Assembly (NCBI GenBank): GCA_964016885.1
Contig: OZ024765.1
Coordinates: 18,476,001-18,540,000, forward strand
Length of the DNA: 64,000 nucleotides
Reading direction: 5' to 3'
DNA from: Eledone cirrhosa
Lineage: Eukaryota
How positions within the stretch are numbered: the stretch's first letter is position 1; each line of letters opens with the position of its first letter. Positions 52,497-64,000 of the stretch are shown here, one piece after another. A model generated the notes under the pieces. That model did no database searches and was not told where the DNA came from. It was given only the letters and a program-made list of their open reading frames with translations. The translations under genes were made by a program, and so were the position numbers.

Positions 52497-55400
52497 GATA
52501 TAGTTATTCAGAGCTTTACATTAGAATAGTGTACTACTATTTAAATATTAGTCCTTTAAATATATATTTCTATCATGCCCCCCCCCCCCCCCCAACCCTC
52601 TTAGATTTATCTCCTCTAAATTTGCAATCCCTAAAGTTTAACATCTTTCTTCAGAAGACAGATTTCTTAATAATTCTGGTGTTTTCTGTTTTGTTCTTTT
52701 CTGGATTCCTTCAATAGCTTCTCCGTATTTTCTGAAGTCGTCTGACCATGCCCCAAAACAATATTCTAGGTCGTATCACACATATCATTCAACTAGTGTT
52801 TTAGACCTCTCGACATTTAGCTAGGCAAAGGAATGTTTTATTATTCCTATCATCTGAATTCCTTTTTTTTCTTCAACATGTTTAGCCATCTTTAAAATCA
52901 TATTCATACATATTCACAATTCCTCGTGGAGGGGTATAAGAGACATGTATAAATATAGCTGCATATTACTACAAAATAACTTGAACCATATCGCGAAACA
53001 TTTTGTAAAGTATCTCTGTAATTATTCTCATTTCGATTTTCTGTAGAATGTATTGACGTTTAAGATAGAGACAATTGCCCTTCTTCTAATAATCTCTTTG
53101 TCCATTCCATGTTTTAGTCTCACAAAATATTGTTAATGCAAGATTTTGCTCTAATGTAATAAATGTTACTTTTAAAAGACCGAAGTTCTCAATTTTCTTC
53201 TTTCTCTTGTATATTGATATCTAAAGGATGACAAATGTATGAATTATGTGATAGGGAGGAAAAAAAGCCACGACCTTCTTCTCTCGTTACAGAAGGCTAA
53301 CTGACAACGTCTTTCGCAGGAGTGACTAGTACTACTGCCTTTTATATACCGTGACAACTGGAAAGACGTGACAAATAAGGATACACTCTGCTCTCCTTAT
53401 CAACATTGTCCGAGTCTGAGGACCTTTCCTCCCTGGTTAAGGAGTGAGATAAAATATTAGGGATCAATCTCTAGCAATAATTTCATTAAATCATATTTAA
53501 CCAGAGACTGTTATGTCGTGGTTGTTGCTATATTTTATAGTCGTGGTTTCAATGTTTAACAGGGGTTGTAGAATTAGCTTTATCTAATTATTATCAAACA
53601 AAACAGATTTATATATTGTCGCCGTTGTACGTTAAAATCACATATATATTTATATACACACTAAGGATGGAGGGACGACGGAATTGAAAACGATTATTGC
53701 TGAGTACATCACGGCAAGATCTAATACACACACACACACACACTCTCCCGTATATATTTAATAATCAGCTATGACCATGAAGAAGGTCCCTGTAGATCAT
53801 CTGGTTGTAGGATCTAATGAACCCGAAAGAAAGTGAAAATATATTTTATGAAAGCCCCAGAAGAATAAATGTAAACATTGACCCGATTATAGTAGAAATA
53901 AGAATGAGAAACGCATGAACGCCAGCACATCTACTTTGCTTGGAAATTAAAAGTAGGTTTATAAATATTAATTTTTTCTTATGTTCTTGTATCTGTTTGG
54001 TAGGTGTTAGAGACTATGTAGACACTGATGTGGTGTTCAATCTCAGTCCGAATCTGTACTATATATTTTTAAATTTAAATTTTTCTCTAGTAAAGTAAAA
54101 AATGAAATGATTATCTATAGACTTTGACTGAAATCGAAACCCAGAGCAGGTTCTCCACCGTCTCTAATACCTACCATTAGGCCACGGAGACAGATATAAA
54201 AACAGTGTGAAAATTAATATTTATAAAGTTACTTTTTTATTTTTGTTTTATACTATAAAAAATATAATACGACACACTGCCAGTGATTGAACCCCGGACC
54301 TGGACCTCCACCGGCTCTTATACTTACCACTAGGCTAAAGGGACGGTTACAGAAACTTACTTAAAAATTGATATTTATAAACCTACTTTTTCATTACTAG
54401 AAAAAACCGGAAGTGGAGAAAATTGAAAAACATCTTCTTTTTCTTCCTCTGATTTTTTTTTATCCAAAATTTGGATTTAAGTCAGAGACGAGTTATCGTT
54501 CGTGGCAAAAATCAGAGGAAGAAAAAGAAGAAGTTTTTCAATTTTCTCCACTTCCGGTTTTTTCTAGTATAGGTAAGTAAATATTAATTTTCAAAAAATT
54601 TTTGTAACCGTCCCTGTGGCCTAATGGTAAGCACTAGAGACGGTGGAGATCCTGATTTAGGGTTCGATTTCCGTTAGGTTTTATACTAATAACTGCGTAT
54701 TTGTTTCTTTTATTAAGTAAGATTTGAACTAATAATGCTGTACTTTGTAGTAATGTCCCATATTATATTCAACATATTTTAATTAAAATTTATTTTTTTT
54801 ATAAAAGAAAGAACAAAAAACCTTATTGAAATTAAGAAATGAATTTTATTCAGTAAAGTTGTTTTTATTTTGTTTTCACTTCATTAACTGCTGAATACGT
54901 CTTTTGTTTTTGTTTTTGATTCTTTCTAACCATTGTTTACTGTGAATGGTGACTGCAACGAACCTGGATTATTACCAAGTTTCACTGGATGATTGTATTA
55001 TTTTGTTGTCAGTGGACATCTGGACATCTATCTAAATACCTGGAATAACCACAAGGTGTGTGTTTTACGTAACATTTCATTTTAATGTCTGATGTACCTG
55101 TATTTCACATTTAAAATGTAACCAAAAATAAACAAGACAGGGACGCTACATCAAAATAAACCACACAGACGAGGTACGAATAATCTAAAATTAATTTTAA
55201 CAAACTATAAACGATGTTTAAAGAGAGACGAACATTAAAATAGGATTTCAAACAAACACGTAAACACAAAGACAATTACAGCCGCCATAATCTAATATCT
55301 GAAGAACAACATTTTTCACGTTTGAAATAAAACTAAATATGTAAAGTTTAGTGGCCCCTGATTTACTTGCTTTTAATTTCATTTTGATAATCTGTATTCT

Positions 55401-58400
55401 GTAGACATATATTTATGATTTTAATGATGAAATTTCCTCTTGTCTTTAAAAGATTATTACTTATAAAAATTATAATAGTCACCTCCTCCTCTCGATTAAT
55501 ATGTAGCTTACCCACAGGGGTTCCTCAACTGGGCGGTTTCAACTGTTGGGTGCGCGATGAGCAGCTGAACAGAAAATTAAGGGCCATTGGAAACTTTGGT
55601 GGCCGATATAGAATTTTGAGATTTAAGAAGGTATGCTACCCGAAAACCTATTCAAGGAATATATGCAAAGAACCTGAATAAAAATCAGGAAGCTAATTGG
55701 GAAAATTAAACCAGGAACAAACATTTACGAAACATATTTGGTATACTTTGGAATATTTACTATACAGGTGGCTGGTGGAACATTTTTTCATGTGAATGTG
55801 GGAAATGATGCCAAAATATTTGGCAACCCTTGGCTTACACCTTACTAAATGTTCTGGAGACAAGCCTCTTCGCTATATATCATAGTTCTTCAATCCTTCA
55901 TTTTCCACAGTTGGTGAAGTATTTCGATTTGATATGACGATCGCAGAGTTAGATTTAGGACGTGGTGGCGTTCATGGGTTTCTTAGTGTTGTTACTAGAA
56001 AGGGTCGACTCTGTCTTTCACACTTCAGGTTTTTTCATGAATTAAATATCCATTTTCTTTCTGATCGGTCTAACAATGATTTGAACCTACAATGACTCCG
56101 TCTGTAATAATGTTCTCTTATTTGAAATATGCCATACCTAACTCCCGTGTCTGTGTGTGTGAAAAATATTCCAACTTAGAGCGACGTGCCCGTAAATTGT
56201 TTAGCCTGATTCCTATATATAGATAATGTGTAATATTTCAACCTTCATGGAGGGTCTTTGCCGTAATTTCCCGTAACTCCGACTAGAAGTCATTATGTAG
56301 TTTTTTCGTCCGTTAAAAATAATGATTAAAACAATTCTATATCCACAGTTATATACACCTCTTCATCACATATTATATTATTTCCACCAATAACTACATT
56401 ATATCCTTAAATATGACACCAAGACATATAATTTGTAAATAAAAGATGAAATATTAAAACCTCAATTTTTAAATAATTTTACCCCACCTTTGTGTTCTCA
56501 GTGTTTAGATTAACCCATAATTTTATGATTTGGGAGCATATAACTTATAGTACCAGTCATGTACTGGGATCAATTTAACGGTTTGGTTCCTCCCCGCAAA
56601 TTACTTGACTTTTGCCTAAGTAAGACATACTCACAGAATGTATCGATGTATATGTATGAATGTATATATATATTAGTATATGTTATGTTTACAATAAAAA
56701 TAGACAAACAATTTAATGATAATATGAAATGAAATTATTATTATTTATTAATAATATTTTTATTGTTTTCACTGCATTAACTTCTGAGTGTGACTTTGTT
56801 TTTCTTACTATTTTCTACTGTAAAAGGCGGCTTAATTGGATTATTACTAAGGTTTACTGGATTGTGGTGTTTCTTTATTGTTTTATATTTCAATCAGTGG
56901 ACATCAGGATAGCTTTCTATATACCTGGGATAAATGTAAAGAGTACTGACTTTCATCTGCAGTTCAATGGTGATGTCTTATATTTTCATTTACTTCTGCA
57001 ATACTGTATATTGTAGTCTTTTCATTATTTTAAATATTTCTATCATGTCACTCGTTTGATATATCTCCCCGAAAGATATAGTTATTCAGAGATTTACATT
57101 GGAATAGTGTACTACTATTTAAATATTAGTCCTTTAAATATATATTTCTATCATGTCCCCCCCCCACCCCCTTAGATTTATCTCCTCTAAATTTGCAATC
57201 CCTAAAGTTTAACATCTTTCTTCAGAAGACAGATTTCTTAATAATTCTGGTGTTTTCTGTTTTGTTCTTTTCTGGATTCCTTCAATAGCTTCTCCGTATT
57301 TTCTGAAGTCGTCTGACCATGCCCCAAAACAATATTCTAGGTCGTATCACACATATCATTCAACTAGTGTTTTAGACCTCTCGACATTTAGCTAGGCAAA
57401 GGAATGTTTTATTATTCCTATCATCTGAATTCCTTTTTTTTCTTCAACATGTTTAGCCATCTTTAAAATCATATTCATACATATTCACAATTCCTCGTGG
57501 AGGGGTATAAGAGACATGTATAAATATAGCTGCATATTACTACAAAATAACTTGAACCATATCGCGAAACATTTTGTAAAGTATCTCTGTAATTATTCTC
57601 ATTTCGATTTTCTGTAGAATGTATTGACGTTTAAGATAGAGACAATTGCCCTTCTTCTAATAATCTCTTTGTCCATTCCATGTTTTAGTCTCACAAAATA
57701 TTGTTAATGCAAGATTTTGCTCTAATGTAATAAATGTTACTTTTAAAAGACCGAAGTTCTCAATTTTCTTCTTTCTCTTGTATATTGATATCTAAAGGAT
57801 GACAAATGTATGAATTATGTGATAGGGAGGAAAAAAAGCCACGACCTTCTTCTCTCGTTACAGAAGGCTAACTGACAACGTCTTTCGCAGGAGTGACTAG
57901 TACTACTGCCTTTTATATACCGTGACAACTGGAAAGACGTGACAAATAAGGATACACTCTGCTCTCCTTATCAACATTGTCCGAGTCTGAGGACCTTTCC
58001 TCCCTGGTTAAGGAGTGAGATAAAATATTAGGGATCAATCTCTAGCAATAATTTCATTAAATCATATTTAACCAGAGACTGTTATGTCGTGGTTGTTGCT
58101 ATATTTTATAGTCGTGGTTTCAATGTTTAACAGGGGTTGTAGAATTAGCTTTATCTAATTATTATCAAACAAAACAGATTTATATATTGACGCCGTTGTA
58201 CGTTAAAATCACATATATATTTATATACACACCAAGGATGGAGGGACGACGGAATTGAAAACCATTATTGCTGAGTACATCACGGCAAGATCTAATACAC
58301 ACACACACACACACACTCTCCCGTATATATTTAATAATCAGCTATGACCATGAAGAAGGTCCCTGTAGATCATTTGGTTGTAGGATCTAATGAACCCGAA

Positions 58401-61400
58401 AGAAAGTGAAAATATATTTTATGAAAGCCCCAGAAGAATAAATGTAAACATTGACCCGATTATAGTAGAAATAACAACGAGAAAGCCATGAACGCCAGCA
58501 ATCTATTTTGCTTGGAAATTAAAAGTAGGTTTATAAATATTAATTTTTTCTTATGTTCTTGTATCTGTTTGGTAGGTGTTAGAGACTATGTAGACACTGA
58601 TGTGGTGTTCATTCTCAGTCCGAATTTGTACTATATATTTTTAAATTTAAATTTTTCTCTAGTAAAGTAAAAAATGAAATTATTATCTATAGACTTTGAC
58701 TGAAATCGAAACCCAGAGCAGGTTCTCCACCGTCTCTAATACCTACCATTAGGCCACGGAGACAGATATAAAGACAGTGTGAAAATTAATATTTATAAAG
58801 TTACTTTCTAATTTTTGTTTTATACTATAAAAAATATAATACGACACACTGCCAGTGATTGAACCCCGGACCTGGACCTCCACCGGCTCTTATACTTACC
58901 ACTAGGCTAAAGGGACGGTTACAGAAACTTACTTAAAAATTGATATTTATAAACCTACTTTTTCATTACTAGAAAAAACCGGAAGTGGAGAAAATTGAAA
59001 AACATCTTCTTTTTCTTCCTCTGATTTTTTTTTATCCAAAATTTGGATTTAAGTCAGAGACGAGTTATCGTTCGTGGCAAAAATCAGAGGAAGAAAAAGA
59101 AGTTTTTCAATTTTCTCCACTTCCGGTTTTTTCTAGTATAGGTAAGTAAATATTAATTTTCAAAAAATTTTTGTAACCGTCCCTGTGGCCTAATGGTAAG
59201 CACTAGAGACGGTGGAGATCCTGATTTAGGGTTCGATTTCCGTTAGGTTTTATACTAATAACTGCGTATTTGTTTCTTTTATTAAGTAAGATTAGAACTA
59301 ATAATGCTGTACTTTGTAGTAATGTCCCATATTATATTCAACATATTTTAATTAAAATTTATTTTTTTTATAAAAGAAAGAACAAAAAACCTTATTGAAA
59401 TTAAGAAATGAATTTTATTCAGTAAAGTTGTTTTTATTTTGTTTTCACTTCATTAACTGCTGAATACGTCTTTTGTTTTTGTTTTTGATTCTTTCTAACC
59501 ATTGTTTACTGTGAATGGTGACTGCAACGAACCTGGATTATTACCAAGTTTCACTGGATGATTGTATTATTTTGTTGTCAGTGGACATCTGGACATCTAT
59601 CTAAATACCTGGAATAACCACAAGGTGTGTGTTTTACGTAACATTTCATTTTAATGTCTGATGTTCCTGTATTTCACATTTAAAATGTAACCAAAAATAA
59701 ACAAGACAGGGACGCTACATCAAAATAAACCACACAGACGAGGTACGAATAATCTAAAATTAATTTTAACAAACTATAAACGATGTTTAAAGAGAGACGA
59801 ACATTAAAATAGGATTTCAAACAAACACGTAAACACAAAGACAATTACAGCCGCCATAATCTAATATCTGAAGATCAACATTTTTCACGATAGAAATAAA
59901 ACTAAATATGTAAAGTTTAGTGGCCCCTGATTTACTTGCTTTTAATTTCATTTTGATAATCTGTATTCTGTAGACATATATTTATGATTTTAATGATGAA
60001 ATTTCCTCTTGTCTTTAAAAGATTATTACTTATAAAAATTATAATAGTCACCTCCTCCTCTCGATTAATATATAGCATCATTCGAGGTAGCTTACCCACA
60101 GGGGTTCCTCAACTGGGCGGTTTCAACTGTTGGGTGGGCGATGAGCAGCTGAACAGAAAATTGAGGGCCATTGGAAACTTTGGTGGCCGATATCGAATTT
60201 TGAGATTTAAGAAGGTATGCTACCCGAAAACCTATTCAAGGAATATATGCAAAGAACCTGAATAAAAATCAGGAAGCTAATTGGGAAAATTAAACCAGGA
60301 ACAAACATTTACGAAACATATTTGGTATACTTTGGAATATTTACTATACAGGTGGCTGGTGGAACATTTTTTCATGTGAATGTGGAAAATGACGCCAAAA
60401 TATTTGGCAACCCTTGGCTTACACCTTACTAAATGTTCTGGAGACAAGCCTCTTCGCTATATATCATAGTTCTTCAATCCTTCATCTTCCACAGTTGGTG
60501 AAGTATTTCGATTTGATATGACGATCGCAGAGTTAGATTTAGGACGTGGTGGCGTTCATGGGTTTCTTAGTGTTGTTACTAGAAAGGGTCGACTCTGTCT
60601 TTCACACTTCAGGTTTTTTCATGAATTAAATATCCATTTTCTTTCTGATCGGTCTAACAATGATTTGAACCTACAATGACTCCGTCTGTAATAATGTTCT
60701 CTTATTTGAAATATGCCATACCTAACTCCCGTGTCTGTGTGTGTGAAAAATATTCCAACTTAGAGCGACGTGCCCGTAAATTGTTTAGCGTGATTCCTAT
60801 ATATAGATAATGTGTAATATTTCAACCTTCATGGAGGGTCTTTGCCGTAATTTCCCGTAACTCCGACTAGAAGTCATTATGTAGTTTTTTCGTCCGTTAA
60901 AAATAATGATTAAAACAATTCTATATCCAGAGTTATATACACCTCTTCATCACATATTATATTATTTCCACCAATAACTACATTATATCCTTAAATATGA
61001 CACCAAGACATATAATTTGTAAATAAAAGATAAAATATTAAAACCTCAATTTTTAAATAATTTTACCCCACCTTTATGTTCTCAGTGTTTAGATTAACCC
61101 ATAATTTTATGATTTGGGAGCATATAACTTATAGTACCAGTCATGTACTGGGATCAATTTAACGGATTGGTTCCTCCCCGCAAATTACTTGACTTTTGCC
61201 TAAGTAAGACATACTCACAGAATGTATCGATGTATATGTATGAATGTATATATATTAGTATATGTTATGTTTACAATAAAAATAGACAAACAATTTAATG
61301 ATAATATGAAATGAAATTATTATTATTTATTAATAATATTTTTATTGTTTTCACTGCATTAACTTCTGAGTGTGACTTTGTTTTTCTTACTATTTTCTAC

Positions 61401-64000
61401 TGTAAATGGCGGCTTAATTGGATTATTACTAAGGTTTACTGGATTGTGGTGTTTCTTTATTGTTTTATATTTCAATCAGTAGACATCAGGATAGCTTTCT
61501 ATATACCTGGGATAAATGTAAAGAGTACTGACTTTCATCTGCAGTTCAATGGTGATGTCTTCTTATATTTTCATTTACTTCTGCAATACTGTATATTGTA
61601 GTCTTTTCATTATTTTAAATATTTCTATCATGTCACTCGTTTGATATATCTCCCCGAAAGATATAGTTATTCAGAGCTTTACATTGGAATAGTGTACTAC
61701 TATTTAAATATTAGTCCTTTAAATATATATTTCTATCATGTCCCCCCCACCCTCTTAGATTTATCTCCTCTAAATTTGCAATCCCTAAAGTTTAACATCT
61801 TTCTTCAGGAGACAGATTTCTTAATAATTCTGGTGTTTTCTGTTTTGTTCTTTTCTGGATTCCTTCAATAGCTTCTCCGTATTTTCTGAAGTCGTCTGAC
61901 CATGCCCCAAAGCAATATTCTAGGTCGTATCACACATATCATTCAACTAGTGTTTTAGACCTCTCGACATTTAGCTAGGCAAAGGAATGTTTTATTATTC
62001 CTATCATCTGAATTCCTTTTTTTTCTTCAACATGTTTAGCCATCTTTAAAATCATATTCATACATATTCACAATTCCACGTGGAGGGTATAAGAGACATG
62101 TATAAATATAGCTGCATATTACTACAAAATAACTTGAACCATATCGCGAAACATTTTGTAAAGTATCTCTGTAATTATTCTCATTTCGATTTTCTGTAGA
62201 ATGTATTGACGTTTAAGATAGAGACAATTGCCCTTCTTCTAATAATCTCTTTGTCCATTCCATGTTTTAGTCTCACAAAATATTGTTAATGCAAGATTTT
62301 GCTCTAATGTAATAAATGTTACTTTTAAAAGACCGAAGTTCTCAATTTTCTTCTTTCTCTTGTATATTGATATCTAAAGGATGACAAATGTATGAATTAT
62401 GTGATAGGGAGGAAAATAAGCCACGACCTTCTTCTCTCGTTACAGAAGGCTAACTGACAACGTCTTTCGCAGGAGTGACTAGTACTACTGCCTTTTATAT
62501 ACCGTGACAACTGGAAAGACGTGACAAATAAGGATACACTCTGCTCTCCTTATCAACATTGTCCGAGTCTGAGGACCTTTCCTCCCTGGTTAAGGAGTGA
62601 GATAAAATATTAGGGATCAATCTCTAGCAATAATTTCATTAAATCATATTTAACCAGAGACTGTTATGTCGTGGTTGTTGCTATATTTTATAGTCGTGGT
62701 TTCAATGTTTAACAGGGGTTGTAGAATTAGCTTTATCTAATTATTATCAAACAAAACAGATTTATATATTGTCGCCGTTGTACGTTAAAATCACATATAT
62801 ATTTATATACACACCAAGGATGGAGGGACGACGGAATTGAAAACCATTATTGCTGAGTACATCACGGCAAGATCTAATACACACACACACACACTCTCCC
62901 GTATATATTTAATAATCAGCTATGACCATGAAGAAGGTCCCTGTAGATCATCTGGTTGTAGGATCTAATGAACCCGAAAGAAAGTGAAAATATATTTTAT
63001 GAAAGCCCCAGAAGAATAAATGTAAACATTGACCCGATTATAGTAGAAATAACAATGAGAAAGCCATGAACGCCAGCACATCTATTTTGCTTGGAAATTA
63101 AAAGTAGGTTTATAAATATTAATTTTTTCTTATGTTCTTGTATCTGTTTGGTAGGTGTTAGAGACTATGTAGACACTGATGTGGTGTTCAATCTCAGTCC
63201 GAATTCGTACTATATATTTTTAAACTTAAATTTTTCTCTAGTAAAGTAAAAAATGAAATTATTATCTATAGACTTTGACTGAAATCGAAACCCAGAGCAG
63301 GTTCTCCACCGTCTCTAATACCTACCATTAGGCCACGGTGACAGATATAAAAACAGTGTGAAAATTAATATTTATAAAGTTACTTTTTTATTTTTGTTTT
63401 ATACTATAAAAAATATAATACGACACACTGCCAGTGATTGAACCCCGGGCCTGGACCTCCACCGGCTCTTATACTTACCACTAGGCTAAAGGGACGGTTA
63501 CAGAAACTTACTTAAAAATTGATATTTATAAACCTACTTTTTCATTACTAGAAAAAACCGGAAGTGGAGAAAATTGAAAAACATCTTCTTTTTCTTCCTC
63601 TGATTTTTTTTTATCCAAAATTTGGATTTAAGTCAGAGACGAGTTATCGTTCGTGGCAAAAATCAGAGGAAGAAAAAGAAGAAGTTTTTCAATTTTCTCC
63701 ACTTCCGGTTTTTTCTAGTATAGGTAAGTAAATATTAATTTTCAAAAAATTTTTGTAACCGTCCCTGTGGCCTAATGGTAAGCACTAGAGACGGTGGAGA
63801 TCCTGATTTAGGGTTCGATTTCCGTTAGGTTTTATACTAATAACTGCGTATTTGTTTCTTTTATTAAGTAAGATTAGAACTAATAATGCTGTACTTTGTA
63901 GTAATGTCCCATATTATATTCAACATATTTTAATTAAAATTTATTTTTTTTATAAAAGAAAGAACAAAAAACCTTATTGAAATTAAGAAATGAATTTTAT

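Larger units (their letters stand above)
1..64000. repeat. Tandem array (macrosatellite) of ~4.58-kb units, ~14 copies, truncated at both window edges
   Basis: The same anchor ATG recurs at 442, 5025, 9600, 14185, 18770, 23371, 27952, 32523, 37094, 41671, 46241, 50834, 55415 and 59984 (spacing 4569-4601). Sequence between anchors is colinear and near-identical, with no spacer DNA. Confidence 0.99.

Overview
The whole window is one head-to-tail tandem array (macrosatellite) of a ~4.58-kb AT-rich unit, with 14 copies and both ends running off the window. Units start at about 1, 4584, 9159, 13743, 18329, 22930, 27511, 32082, 36653, 41230, 45800, 50392, 54974 and 59543, and differ only by scattered SNPs and small indels. 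No intact protein-coding gene is supported; the recurring ORFs in the track look spurious. Each unit is a mosaic of decayed eukaryotic transposon pieces. These are a minus-strand CR1-clade LINE ORF2 C-terminal remnant (pointing to an animal host), a TA-flanked 171-bp fold-back element with 61-bp inverted repeats, four tRNA-derived heads arranged + - - +, a small hAT-like MITE, a TATA-containing GC-richer island, and two pairs of diverged internal paralogous segments. Shared variants show higher-order duplications, recombinant units, a single-copy 30-bp micro-inversion and clustered variation in the tRNA-like heads. Component coordinates are given for unit 1 and recur in every unit. All alignments and translations were done by eye, without database searches.
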